Origin: an uncultured Candidatus Saccharibacteria bacterium
GTDB taxonomy: Bacteria > Patescibacteriota > Doudnabacteria > UBA920
Assembly (NCBI GenBank): GCA_964483665.1
Contig: CAZACP010000003.1
Location: 29,692-93,691 of the forward strand
Direction of reading: 5' to 3'
Length of the DNA: 64,000 nucleotides
Made by a program: the position numbers and the translations under genes. Below the pieces are notes generated by a model. It saw only the letters and a program-made list of their open reading frames with translations, had not been told where the DNA came from and searched no databases. This document shows positions 53,968 to 63,700 of the stretch, one piece after another; positions within the stretch are counted from its first letter, which is position 1; every line of letters begins with the position of its first letter.

Positions 53968-56211
53968 ATGGGAAGAACAGGTATAAAAATTGAATCCGCC
54001 AACGAACATATTAGGCCTGAGGCTGAGATCTCTTTTAAATTTGACCCGACTGAAAAAACCAATGTCAAATTAAAAGAAAAGGTATTAAGCCTGTTTGCGC
54101 AAGCAGACATTCTACATTATGAAGGCCAAAACAGAATATTAGACACAGAAAAACTTAAACAAATTCGCTTATCAGAACCCCTATTTGAAAACAAACATAT
54201 TGACTTAAAACAAGTTTTACAAGTATTATCACAAATTAAAGCATTACCCAAACCTGCTGACAAATTTTCGAAGCCAAGCCCTGAAAAACCTGTAGTGGTA
54301 ATACCAAAAGACTTAAAACAATTACTGGAACCTGGTTTAAATGGCTATGCAGAAATTTCACAAACTGAATTAGTCCACCCTTGGAAAATTTCTGGAAAAT
54401 TTCAACATTGGACAACCCCCGTGAGACTTGCTTCCGGAGATCGAACCAATTTTTCCGAAATGGCTTTTTTAAGCGGCTTAAAAAAACTAAAAGCAAAAAG
54501 AAACGAACAAGGCGCGCTTCTTTTATGGGACGACGAAAAAAAAGATTGGGTCAATTTTAGCGGCGAAACTTTTTTGGAACTTAGCGGCATTTATCCCGCA
54601 ACACAGAAAGATAAAGGGAATATATCTTTAAAATCCCAGGGTTTTTCATTCGCGCAAAATTATATGCCTAATTTAATTAGGCAAGGAATTTTAAAAAAAA
54701 GTGATTTTAGAATTTATGGCAATTCCCCAACTGCTGAAATACATTCCGTCAACGAAAAACCTTTAAACAAAACAGCGCATTTAAATTTCACAAATTCAGA
54801 AGGACTGACAGCTAAGTACTATTTAGGCAGAAATTTTGTGACGGGCACAAAAATTCCCAAAGACGGCAAAGTAAAAGCCAAACTAATCGCACCGAATTTA
54901 GTGGCCATAATACAAATAAAACAAAACGGACAGGAAGAAATTTCCCATGTATTTAATTTACTCGATACTGAAGAACTAAAAGTGTTAAGGGATTCTACAA
55001 CAGAACGACTAAAGCAAAGAAATATAGAACCCACAAAAGAAGCGGTAGCACAAAACACTACCGTAGGCGAAAAAAAAGTTAAAGAAAGTATGCGTAAGTA
55101 TACGGTTACTGAATTTTTACTTCCTAAACCCAAAGAAGATCCAGCCTTGTATTACCAAAGAGTCAGGCCTTTAGACAACCCTGAGTTTGTTTTAAACACT
55201 GTTCAAAAATTCTTTTCAGAAGCCGGCGTAGGCGTGCATAACTTACCCTGGAATGAACAGCTAATGCTGACCAGAATTTTAACCGAAGGACATGAGCTAA
55301 AAAATTTAAAAGAGTTTACAAAAGAATACGGTATAACGGGGGTACGCACTTTTATTTCTTTGGAGTATAACCAAAATTTAGGCGAAAAGCTGCTTAATTT
55401 AGGAGAAAATAAAGGGCTTGCCCGGGCAGTTTTTGAAAAGTTTTCAGAAATAATTGACGCCTCTTACACTGTAGACGAGGCATTAAAAAAATTTAACATT
55501 AGCTCTGAAGACTTAAGCCTAGAAAACAAAATAGCTCTGCAAAATTTACTCTTTAACAAAGCTTCTAAACTACTTGAGGAATATGGAAATTTAATAAACA
55601 ATCCAAGAATAAATGAACTTGAAACACTTACAATAATTAAAAGCTTAGAAGCTATAAAATCTGAAATAATACTTTATGCACAAAGCTTTAAACTGTTTGC
55701 TCAGGAAGACAAAACAGAAGTAGATTTTTTATTAAAAAATACTGTTGAAAAAAAATCGTCTGACCTAAACACCAAAGAAATGCAAGAAATGAGAGCAATA
55801 TACTCTTCTAACAGGCTTTCGTTTTACCCCGCAGAATTAGCTAAATCTTCAGTAGAAGATTTTGAAAAAACAATTACCGAACCTGGTCATAACTTTGTCT
55901 TACTAAAAGACAATCAGGATAACATTTTGGCTTTTTTTCATTATGACCAAATTGATACTGAAAATATTTATATTGGCTCTTTAAATTTAAATCCTTCTGC
56001 CAAAGATTCACCTGTAGCAGTAATATTTATGCGGGAGCAGACCAAAAAACTTGGTTCTATGTATGACATTAATGCCGTAGTTTGGCAGAACAACCCTGCC
56101 CGATTATTTTATACGAAAAAGCTAGGTTTTGTTAAAACAGAAGAATATGCAGATGCTAATTCAGGAGAAATTTTCTGGAAAATACTCCGCAAAAAAACTA
56201 AACCACTCTAG
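53968..56211 (+). CDS. Large hypothetical protein with a C-terminal GNAT acetyltransferase-like domain
   Basis: C-terminus VAVIFMREQTKKLGSMYDINAVVWQNNPARLFYTKKLGF (GNAT motifs A and B). Confidence 0.55.
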   Translation: MGRTGIKIESANEHIRPEAEISFKFDPTEKTNVKLKEKVLSLFAQADILHYEGQNRILDTEKLKQIRLSEPLFENKHIDLKQVLQVLSQIKALPKPADKFSKPSPEKPVVVIPKDLKQLLEPGLNGYAEISQTELVHPWKISGKFQHWTTPVRLASGDRTNFSEMAFLSGLKKLKAKRNEQGALLLWDDEKKDWVNFSGETFLELSGIYPATQKDKGNISLKSQGFSFAQNYMPNLIRQGILKKSDFRIYGNSPTAEIHSVNEKPLNKTAHLNFTNSEGLTAKYYLGRNFVTGTKIPKDGKVKAKLIAPNLVAIIQIKQNGQEEISHVFNLLDTEELKVLRDSTTERLKQRNIEPTKEAVAQNTTVGEKKVKESMRKYTVTEFLLPKPKEDPALYYQRVRPLDNPEFVLNTVQKFFSEAGVGVHNLPWNEQLMLTRILTEGHELKNLKEFTKEYGITGVRTFISLEYNQNLGEKLLNLGENKGLARAVFEKFSEIIDASYTVDEALKKFNISSEDLSLENKIALQNLLFNKASKLLEEYGNLINNPRINELETLTIIKSLEAIKSEIILYAQSFKLFAQEDKTEVDFLLKNTVEKKSSDLNTKEMQEMRAIYSSNRLSFYPAELAKSSVEDFEKTITEPGHNFVLLKDNQDNILAFFHYDQIDTENIYIGSLNLNPSAKDSPVAVIFMREQTKKLGSMYDINAVVWQNNPARLFYTKKLGFVKTEEYADANSGEIFWKILRKKTKPL

Positions 56212-56971
56212 CATTTTGCCACATTACCTCAAACAAAGTTTTATGCATTTGACTAATAATAGGGTTATCAAGAATAGCTGATACAATGTTTTTATCTTGT
56301 AATGTAATGTAAGAGATTTTAGTCCCGTAAATTTGCATTACTGCGCTAAAAGGCTGCTTGGCCGCAACTACCCTCGCCTGGGTAGTTTTTGTATTAAAAC
56401 TTTTTATATGCTGCCTGACAAAAATGCTGTCCTCAAGTATTAATTTTTTTGTAATCCCTGCTTTAAGTCTTTTTTCCACATACTCCCTATTAATTTCCGG
56501 GTAATTTTTATTTACCGCCTCGCTGTCTACAAAAGCATAAATCTCGCCTTTTGCGTTTAAACTGTCCGCCAAGACTTTTTTTGCGCCGTCCATACCTTCA
56601 AAAATTTGAATGCCGGGCATACCTAAAACCATATTAAAATCTGAAATAAGCTTGGGTAAAAAACCACTAAGAGCTATTTCAGCGTTTTTAAATTGTTCCT
56701 GGCGCTTTTCTACCCATTCCTTAATTTTAAACGGGTGTGCTGCCTCAAAAACCGCGACCTTGCCCTTTTCTTCCTTTTTTACCACCAAACCCATTTCTGC
56801 TAAATCAGTAAGAATTTTATAGGTTAAGCTCCTTTTAAACGGCACAAAATTCCCCAGACTGGAAGCCTTTTTTGGGCCGCTTTTTAACAGCGCTTCGTAA
56901 ACCAAAGCCTGATCCCCTTTTAGTCCGGCTTGGGTTAATATTTGCAAATACTTATTGTATGAATTGGCCAT
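56198..56971 (-). CDS. TrmB-family-like transcriptional regulator (N-terminal winged helix-turn-helix)
   Basis: YLQILTQAGLKGDQALVYEALLKSGPKKASSLGNFVPFKRSLTYKILTDLAEMGLV. Confidence 0.55.
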   Translation of the reverse strand: MANSYNKYLQILTQAGLKGDQALVYEALLKSGPKKASSLGNFVPFKRSLTYKILTDLAEMGLVVKKEEKGKVAVFEAAHPFKIKEWVEKRQEQFKNAEIALSGFLPKLISDFNMVLGMPGIQIFEGMDGAKKVLADSLNAKGEIYAFVDSEAVNKNYPEINREYVEKRLKAGITKKLILEDSIFVRQHIKSFNTKTTQARVVAAKQPFSAVMQIYGTKISYITLQDKNIVSAILDNPIISQMHKTLFEVMWQNARVV

Positions 56972-57114
56972 ATATTTTTAGGTTATATGGGTATTATAGC
57001 AAAACATAATATTTTTGTCAAGACTTTTGTAACAAAAATGTACCAAAAATATTAGTAATTTTGCCTATTTTTATTAAAGATACATATTTAATTTATAATT
57101 TTGACATAATATTA

Positions 57115-57143
57115 TTGACATTTTAGTTATTTTTAGTTATAAT
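57115..57143 (+). promoter_or_regulatory. Perfect sigma70 consensus promoter (TTGACA, 17 nt, TATAAT)
   Basis: ttgacattttagttatttttagttataat. Confidence 0.65.
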
Positions 57144-57149
57144 GTTTTG

Positions 57150-57510
57150 TTAACCTTTAACAGGGTTAATATTAACAATCTATATATCTTGCCTGAAATG
57201 TATGATTTTAGAGTGAATAACCTAAAACTTATATTTCTAAACATTCTGACAGGAAGGAATGTTTAAGGCAGATCCAGCTAAAGTTAATAAGTCTAAAGTG
57301 TTTAGTGCTGTATATAACCCTTCTTTGGTAAAACTACGAAGGGCAAGCAGGAATTTACGGCTCTGACCGCTTATATAACTTCCTAGCAAGAAGTGCGACC
57401 CTTCATCATGCTAAAACATGGTGAATGGGACACTCCTTGCTAACCCCTTTCTAAGCCTTGTGCGAAGTAGGGACTAGATTTAAAACCCTTCCTGTCCGGA
57501 AGGGTTTTAA
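57150..57510 (+). ncRNA. Candidate ~350-nt non-coding transcript or leader RNA (promoter to intrinsic terminator, no ORF above 25 codons)
   Basis: Lies between the consensus promoter and the terminator aaaacccttcctgtccggaagggtttt (57480-57510); no tmRNA or RNase P signature motifs seen. Confidence 0.35.
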
Positions 57511-57596
57511 ATTGCTAAGGACGAAAATATGTAAAATTATTCTCCCTTCTTTTTTGCAGATTACACATAGCCTGTAAAAATGAAGGGAGAGGAAAT

Positions 57597-57899
57597 ATGG
57601 TATGCAATGAAGGGGGCTGCACCGCCCCGGTAACGGTGCAAAATGGATTCGTTCCCGCCCTGGCCGAAATTTCGGCCTTGGCAGGCAAGCCGGTCACCCG
57701 GCTTACCGAGAACGAGGTTCTCGCAGTCGGATACTGCGAGGACTGTGCTGCCATCCATGGGATGTGCGGCGGCAAAAAGCTTTTCTCCGCCAGCCGCGCG
57801 CTGGCGGAAATAGAAAAACAACAAAAGGCGGCTAACCACGCCGCCGCCCGGCAAACGCTGGGCGCGGCATTTGTGGCCGCAGGCTTCCAAGCCAAGTAG
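57597..57899 (+). CDS. Small Cys-rich hypothetical protein (first gene of the GC-rich island)
   Basis: MVCNEGGCTAPV...GYCEDCAAIHGMCGG; Shine-Dalgarno GGGAGAGG; GC-rich. Confidence 0.5.
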   Translation: MVCNEGGCTAPVTVQNGFVPALAEISALAGKPVTRLTENEVLAVGYCEDCAAIHGMCGGKKLFSASRALAEIEKQQKAANHAAARQTLGAAFVAAGFQAK

Positions 57900-58108
57900 C
57901 CTTGGAAGCCAAACGCACGCGAGGGAGTTAGAGAGCAGCACACTCTTCTAACTCCCCTTTCTCCAGCTCGTGATTGTAAAATCATTGGCTGAAGATTGTA
58001 ACCGAACTAGCGGTCATACTAGGAAGCTGGTCTGTCTCGCCCAGTATAAAAAAGGCAACCTGCCATACCACAGACAGTGGTGCAGGAAACTCCTAGGAGG
58101 GGTTATGA
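57882..58108. repeat. 227-bp perfect direct repeat, copy 1 (hairpin-hairpin-conserved element-Shine-Dalgarno-ATGA)
   Basis: Identical by eye to 58528-58754. Confidence 0.85.
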
Positions 58109-58512
58109 TTGTTTTGATTGAATTAACTAAGTCAACGCGGGAACACCCCGCGGGGAGCATACTGAAAATTTGGGGGCCCTTTGCCTCGGAGGAGGAGGTA
58201 AAAGAAAAAGAGCCTATAAGAAAAGGCTCAGATTTTGTTATTTCAAACCTCACTGGTTCACAAACCGGTGTGGGGGAGATATACCTCCTCCTGTTGTTGG
58301 GAAACTACGACAGGGGGATAGGAGGAGATTCATGGGCCGAATGCCCTAGAATGTGGGGACCCTTTGCCTCGGAGGAGGAGGCGGAAAAAATAATAGCGGA
58401 AGAAAAGGAACTCGAAAAAGGTTTCTTTTCCATGGGGGACAAATGGAACCCCCAATGTACTCCCGAGTTTCGTATTTTCTCAGGGGGGATTACACCCCCG
58501 AAGGACATGTAA
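58105..58512 (+). CDS. Hypothetical protein with internal duplication (WGPFASEEE x2)
   Basis: AGGAGGGGTT-ATG; 135 aa; the ORF track's longer version starts at a GTG inside the repeat. Confidence 0.5.
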   Translation: MIVLIELTKSTREHPAGSILKIWGPFASEEEVKEKEPIRKGSDFVISNLTGSQTGVGEIYLLLLLGNYDRGIGGDSWAECPRMWGPFASEEEAEKIIAEEKELEKGFFSMGDKWNPQCTPEFRIFSGGITPPKDM

Positions 58513-58527
58513 CAATGTCCTGCCGCT

Positions 58528-58754
58528 GGCTTCCAAGCCAAGTAGCCTTGGAAGCCAAACGCACGCGAGGGAGTTAGAGAGCAGCACACTCTTCTAACTC
58601 CCCTTTCTCCAGCTCGTGATTGTAAAATCATTGGCTGAAGATTGTAACCGAACTAGCGGTCATACTAGGAAGCTGGTCTGTCTCGCCCAGTATAAAAAAG
58701 GCAACCTGCCATACCACAGACAGTGGTGCAGGAAACTCCTAGGAGGGGTTATGA
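58528..58754. repeat. 227-bp perfect direct repeat, copy 2
   Basis: See copy 1. Confidence 0.85.
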
Positions 58755-59863
58755 AAATTCAATACAGACAAAAAGGTCAAGCTGTGACCACAAAGGTCAC
58801 ACGCATTGTGGAGATAACCACACTGCGGGTGAGAAACGACAACATGGTCGCAAAGGCTCACCGCCTAAAATACGAGGAAATCCCTCTCAGCGATGGCACC
58901 TTAAATCCGAGGTGTCCGGTGATTTCTTTTGTTACCAGCCAGTTATACAACGGCTGGTGCAAAATTCAGAACTTCAAAAATGAGAATCCCCAGTTTAGGG
59001 GGATCTTTTTGAACATCGACAACGGCAAGTACGCCTTTGACGATGTGAATACGCTGTTCGCGAGCTGGGAGGATATCTATCCAAATCAGCCCGTGCCGGA
59101 AAAAATAGCTGCCACCCGTGCGGCTATCAAACAACAAAAAGAAAAACGGGAGGCCGAAGAGGCCACTCGTAAACGCAATGAACAGGCCGCACGGGAATAT
59201 TACGAGGCTCAGACAAGTCTCGCTCGAGATATTCTCGGCGATGTGGTTGAAAGGGTTTCGATTAAAACGCTCAATAATGAGCGCGTCACCCAGTTGACCG
59301 CAAACGTAAAGATTTGTGGTCAACAAATCGAAATGACAGTAAATAAATATGCTCCCGATGCTCGGGGGCTGGCTGAAAAAGTCAGGGAACTCGTCCAAAC
59401 CCTGACCGAGAAAGACCTGGCAGAAATGCCGGGCGATCCGACATTTACCCTTTACTATGAAGTAAAGGAATGGTGTGGGAGTTGGGAACTCGACGGCCGC
59501 AGCCTTGAGCACGCGCGAAAAAAGGCTGCAGAAGCCAGCCGGGCGGAGTCCGCCCGCCAGGCCGAAGAAGCCAGAAGGAGGGAGGAAGAGGAAGAGGCGG
59601 AAAAAAAACGGCAATTTGCCGCAGAGCAGGTCTTAGTCAAAAGGCTTGCCAAACCGCTCAATCTCCGGAGTGAAGAACTCTATGGGGTGCCGGTAGATGA
59701 AAACTTGGCGCCCTGTGAATCAGGTAGTACCTGGGTTCTATATTCGTATAGAGCCCAAGACGATAAATACTACCCTGGAGCTCTTATGCCCCACAAGGGG
59801 TTCAGGAGTAAGTCCACGGGGCGGACGCTCCAGGAGCTGATTCGGGATTATACCCGCCGTTAA
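58751..59863 (+). CDS. Hypothetical protein with a charged coiled-coil region (370 aa)
   Basis: AGGAGGGGTT-ATG; ...AEEATRKRNEQAAREYYEAQ... and RREEEEEAEKKRQ. Confidence 0.5.
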   Translation: MKIQYRQKGQAVTTKVTRIVEITTLRVRNDNMVAKAHRLKYEEIPLSDGTLNPRCPVISFVTSQLYNGWCKIQNFKNENPQFRGIFLNIDNGKYAFDDVNTLFASWEDIYPNQPVPEKIAATRAAIKQQKEKREAEEATRKRNEQAAREYYEAQTSLARDILGDVVERVSIKTLNNERVTQLTANVKICGQQIEMTVNKYAPDARGLAEKVRELVQTLTEKDLAEMPGDPTFTLYYEVKEWCGSWELDGRSLEHARKKAAEASRAESARQAEEARRREEEEEAEKKRQFAAEQVLVKRLAKPLNLRSEELYGVPVDENLAPCESGSTWVLYSYRAQDDKYYPGALMPHKGFRSKSTGRTLQELIRDYTRR

Positions 59864-60093
59864 ATTTACCTTCGTTTTTAGTAACAAAACGAGGGCGTCT
59901 GTCCGAGCGTCATCCGGACAAAAACTTTGTCATTAGCCTAGCAACACACACGCTAGCTAATGACCTTTCTCCAGCTCGTGATTGCAAAATCATTAGCTGA
60001 AGATTGTAAAAATAGTTCTTTAAAAACTCTTCTCCTTTTTGGGATTCTTGCCATAAATTTTATGGCAAGTGTCCCCAACAGGAGTGGGGTGAA

Positions 60094-60519
60094 ATGAAAT
60101 TTGTTTTTATTATGCAGCACGCGCCGACCACCGACCAGGTGGCCGATGCGCGGCGTATGGGTTTTACGGAAGTAGGCGCTTTTGCGCCACTGCCGGAAAA
60201 CCCGATCGAAGGCGTAAAGTATTTGGGACTGACCCAAAACCTTTACGTTCCAGAAGATTTAGGACTAGAAAGGGACTGGTTTGTAAACCAGGCCCAAACC
60301 ATTCTACAGCTTGCCGGCGTTAAATCCGGTGACGCTATTGTGGCCGCAGGTCACGCCCAGCTAATGACCGCGGTTAATGCTGTGGCAAAACAGCTGGGCA
60401 TCGCCCGCTTTGAGTCCGTAACGGCCCGGGTGTCCGAGGACATCCATGGGTCTGACGGCTCGGTCAAGACAGTCCAGGTGTTCAAGCACCTGGGCTATAG
60501 GAAAATTTTTGACTTCTAG
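60094..60519 (+). CDS. Hypothetical protein (141 aa)
   Basis: Preceded by a conserved 45-nt element and the Shine-Dalgarno aggagtgggg. Confidence 0.5.
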   Translation: MKFVFIMQHAPTTDQVADARRMGFTEVGAFAPLPENPIEGVKYLGLTQNLYVPEDLGLERDWFVNQAQTILQLAGVKSGDAIVAAGHAQLMTAVNAVAKQLGIARFESVTARVSEDIHGSDGSVKTVQVFKHLGYRKIFDF

Positions 60520-60835
60520 ATACACGGGAGCTCTGGAAATTCGCACTTTCCATCTCCCAACCTTTTTCCAGCCAATGATAAGTTAATAATAATACTTGAT
60601 TGGCTGAAAATTGGTTAAACTAAAAACTTTGAAGAAAGCAATATGGCAGTTTGTTTAAACTACTATCTTGTTTTCCTTAAACGGAAGACGGAATTAAAGA
60701 TGTTCCCTAAAGCCACGGGAACCGCCTATTTTAGGAAGAACGTAAGGTGACGCTGTGTTCGCAAAGGGCAGCTAGAAAATACCTTTGTCCGCAACTCTCT
60801 CTGGCGAAATAGAGGGAACCCTATAAGGAGGGGTT

Positions 60836-61555
60836 ATGAATTGGTACAACGTGGTTGGGAAAAACGGGATCTCTTTAAGGGACCTCACAGACGAGGACGG
60901 ACAAAAATATGTTCCCGCCCTTTTCAAGGGCGAGGAAGTAAAGTTAATTCGTCATAACAATGGCTTCGATTTTGAAGATATCGAAGCTGACCAGGTAGGC
61001 CAGGAGATATGGGCCTACCCAATAAGCGTTTTTTTTCCAGACAGTGAGGAAATCACTGAATACGGTTGGCCGGAAGGCTCAATCGTGGAAAAAAACCGCA
61101 AGGGTCCCTTCATTAAGGGGGGGCGTAGCGGGGTCATCTGGGCGACATCATACGATATGGCGAAAGCAGAAGTCAGCCTTCGGGCATGGCTTAAGGGTAG
61201 AGAGACCTACCAAATCGGCTTTTGCCACAGAGATGGCGATGCGGGAATTTTTCCGCCACCTCCCGAAGGCTATATGTACCATGAGGTACATGGTCACTGG
61301 GAGGGGTCAAAATTTGGGCTGGCGTACCCGAAACCCATATACAAATGTAGAGTCCCAGGATATGGTTCCTGGCTCAATCATTGGGAAGAGTGGCTTGCAG
61401 GGTGCCGCGGGTACGACCAGATGGAGGTCGTACCAGGAAGTTTGGTCTGGATTCAAAACGAAGATTATGATGCTAAATGGATACAGGTAGAAGACCTAAA
61501 AGGGTGGCAAGACCAAAACCCCTTTAAGGTTGTTATGCCCAAATTTCCAGACTAG
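60836..61555 (+). CDS. Hypothetical protein (239 aa)
   Basis: AAGGAGGGGTTATGAATT start module. Confidence 0.5.
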   Translation: MNWYNVVGKNGISLRDLTDEDGQKYVPALFKGEEVKLIRHNNGFDFEDIEADQVGQEIWAYPISVFFPDSEEITEYGWPEGSIVEKNRKGPFIKGGRSGVIWATSYDMAKAEVSLRAWLKGRETYQIGFCHRDGDAGIFPPPPEGYMYHEVHGHWEGSKFGLAYPKPIYKCRVPGYGSWLNHWEEWLAGCRGYDQMEVVPGSLVWIQNEDYDAKWIQVEDLKGWQDQNPFKVVMPKFPD

Positions 61556-62073
61556 TAGCGGCAGACTCATCTCGCCGCCGGGGTTGATTCCCCCGTTAAA
61601 GCCCTTATGTCCACACCTTAGGACTTGGGCAAAACAATCATCCGCTTTCCTGGCGGAGCCGGTGGTTATTTCATAAACCCGTCGGCAAACAGGAAGCATT
61701 CATACGGCCAAACAGCACTCGCACTGTTTGTTTGGCCCTCTTTTCCAGGCTGTCATATTATTTTAAATTCCTGTGTTGCTTAGGCAATATAAAAATATCA
61801 TGGCAGCCTGAAAATAGAAAAATAGTTCTTTAAAATTTATTGGAGGAAATAAGAAAGATTTCCTGTCTAAATAGTAGATTAATACTTATCTATTGCTTCG
61901 ACAGGAAATCTTAAATCTCCTAGTCGGTTAGTTGTAAGGACCGCTGGGTTAAAAGCCCGGCATTGTGCTGTTGTTTGTTTTAGTTTAAGAACCGCGGCAC
62001 TTTGGCCGCTTTGCCCAGTTTTGCGTGTTCATCGCTCTTTTAGTAGGGCTTACTGTCCAGTGAAAAGCTGACG

Positions 62074-63006
62074 GTGGGTATGTTGGGAAACCAGACCCAT
62101 GAACACGTACAAGGTCAACAATCTTACCGTGCCGGCGTGATCCGGCAGATGGAGATAAAAATGAAAAAAGTTACTCATGATATTGACCAAGCAACCCGCA
62201 CTTATTTCGAGATGAAAATCCGAAATAAGGGTCAAATAAAGATCATCCGACTGTACCTGCGGAACCGATATGGGGTTCCGAAAATCGAAAGCCTTTTTGA
62301 AAAGGCTGAAAGTTTAGGACAGGAGGGACTGGATTTTACAGCACTCGGTGTGCTGTACACGAAGCGCTTTCCTAAAGCCTTACCTGTCTCGTGCATCACC
62401 CTGGTCAACCTGGGGTGCGATACAGACGAAGCAGACTGGCTGTTTGTGCCGGATGAGTGGAAGCCGATAGGTGTCTCGTTTTACGAGACACAGCAGCAAA
62501 CAAAGGCTGCTCGGACAAAAAACCTCTTCAACTCTGTCGTTGGTAGGATGGAAGAGGCCTTCAAGGATTTACCAGCAAACTGGAATGTCCAGATAGGGGA
62601 AGGTAAAGCCATGTTTTGGCTTAATTTCCACCCAACTGACACTCTCACATTTTGGTCCTCCACAAGTAGTCCTGTCAGCTCTCTAACCGGAGAACAGGAG
62701 GATGTGGAAAAAGCAGTACAGCTTTTTTTGCAAGAGCGTTCCCAGAGAAAAATCTGGGATCAAAGACTTCAGATCGTCGCCGATAAGTTCGGCGACAAAG
62801 TTTCCATCGGAAGTCACCAGATACAATTCAAAGAAGCAAAGGCGATAATCGATTCGATGGAGTTCGACGGGAAAATAATCCTCTATTGCTTCCGCAATGA
62901 AGGTGATGAGGACTGGGTGTTCTTTAATCGGGTTGAATGGACAAAGTCAGCACATCCCGACTATTCGTACCTATTCTCGCATATTGATTTTGCCAACCGT
63001 TTTTAG
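62074..63006 (+). CDS. Hypothetical protein (start uncertain; may be an internal Met at about 62152)
   Basis: ORF track 310 aa. Confidence 0.45.
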   Translation: MGMLGNQTHEHVQGQQSYRAGVIRQMEIKMKKVTHDIDQATRTYFEMKIRNKGQIKIIRLYLRNRYGVPKIESLFEKAESLGQEGLDFTALGVLYTKRFPKALPVSCITLVNLGCDTDEADWLFVPDEWKPIGVSFYETQQQTKAARTKNLFNSVVGRMEEAFKDLPANWNVQIGEGKAMFWLNFHPTDTLTFWSSTSSPVSSLTGEQEDVEKAVQLFLQERSQRKIWDQRLQIVADKFGDKVSIGSHQIQFKEAKAIIDSMEFDGKIILYCFRNEGDEDWVFFNRVEWTKSAHPDYSYLFSHIDFANRF

Positions 63007-63347
63007 CAACAAAACGAGGTGGCGAGTCTAGAGCCGTAATCTAGACAAACACTCCTAAAGGAGGAATGTTTGTATTAGCCCTTAAATGGGCAACACTCGT
63101 GGGATGAGACAACTCATCCCCTTTCTCCAGCTCGTGATTGTAAAATCATTAGCTGAAGATTGTAAAAATAGTTCTTTAAAAGAAGTAGAGCACGGGCGCG
63201 CTCTAGTGTGCGGGCCTGGATCTTTGCCGGCTTCTCTTTACCCCGAGAAACCTGGCTGTGAGTAAACACATAAAAAACCGAATGTAACATCGTTAAAGTA
63301 CCTGCTCTAACCCGAGATACGGGTGGCGGAGCTCCCAAGGAGGGGTT

Positions 63348-63647
63348 ATGAATTCTTTGCAAAAATTTTCTGAGGCAACGTTACAGTTGCCCTCAGGGCA
63401 TCGGTTGTTGTGCATAAATATAACCGCTAACCCGCGGTGTAATAGATTCAGAATTCTCTGCGTACCCGACAAGTGGTACGATGAGAACGGGACATCATCT
63501 CTTTTTGATAATATTGATACCCCGGAAAAAATTTTTGCCCTCCTGGCGTCCCTCCGGGGCATAAATGCCAAGGAGTGGATTTACGTAAATGGGCGGGCAC
63601 GGTGGAGGAGTTTTATCCCACACAAACCCCATCGAAAAACGCCCTAA
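63348..63647 (+). CDS. Hypothetical protein (99 aa)
   Basis: AAGGAGGGGTTATGAATT start module identical to the one at 60826-60843; a terminator follows. Confidence 0.45.
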   Translation: MNSLQKFSEATLQLPSGHRLLCINITANPRCNRFRILCVPDKWYDENGTSSLFDNIDTPEKIFALLASLRGINAKEWIYVNGRARWRSFIPHKPHRKTP

Positions 63648-63656
63648 CACGGTTTG

Positions 63657-63700
63657 GCGCGGGGTCGTTTCGCACAACGACTCCCGCGCCTTTTTCTTTT
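63657..63700 (+). terminator. Intrinsic terminator, ggcgcggggtcgtttcgcacaacgactcccgcgccttttt
   Basis: Read directly. Confidence 0.75.

Noticed and set aside
57150-57510. tmRNA or RNase P RNA identity for the ORF-free transcript
   Set aside because: There is no tRNA-like 3' end (GGTTCGAATCC...CCA), no tag-peptide reading frame ending in ALAA-like residues, and no P4 (AGGAAAGUCCGG) consensus. It is kept only as a generic ncRNA or leader candidate.
57970-58753. 45-aa Cys-containing N-terminal extension (MIVKSLAEDCNRTSGH...) shared by the two genes that follow the 227-bp repeat
   Set aside because: It would need a GTG start with no Shine-Dalgarno, whereas a perfect AGGAGG-N5-ATG lies at the end of the repeat. 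The homologous conserved elements before the 60094 and 63348 genes contain stops in that frame.
57880-63200. CRISPR array, integron attC cassette array, or diversity-generating retroelement as the explanation for the island repeats
   Set aside because: The repeats are 45-227 bp and separated by whole genes, not by 25-40-bp spacers. No integrase is present and no canonical GTTRRRY/RYYYAAC core sites flank the hairpins. No reverse transcriptase is present, and the repeat copies are identical rather than adenine-mutagenised.
57515-63362. Minus-strand ORFs beginning MILQSRAGERGVRRVCCSL... (57515-57985, 57561-57941, 58305-58631, 63114-63362)
   Set aside because: They recur only because they lie on the antisense strand of the conserved 45-nt element and 227-bp repeat, and they overlap well-supported plus-strand genes that have Shine-Dalgarno sites. 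They are artefacts of repetition, not genes.
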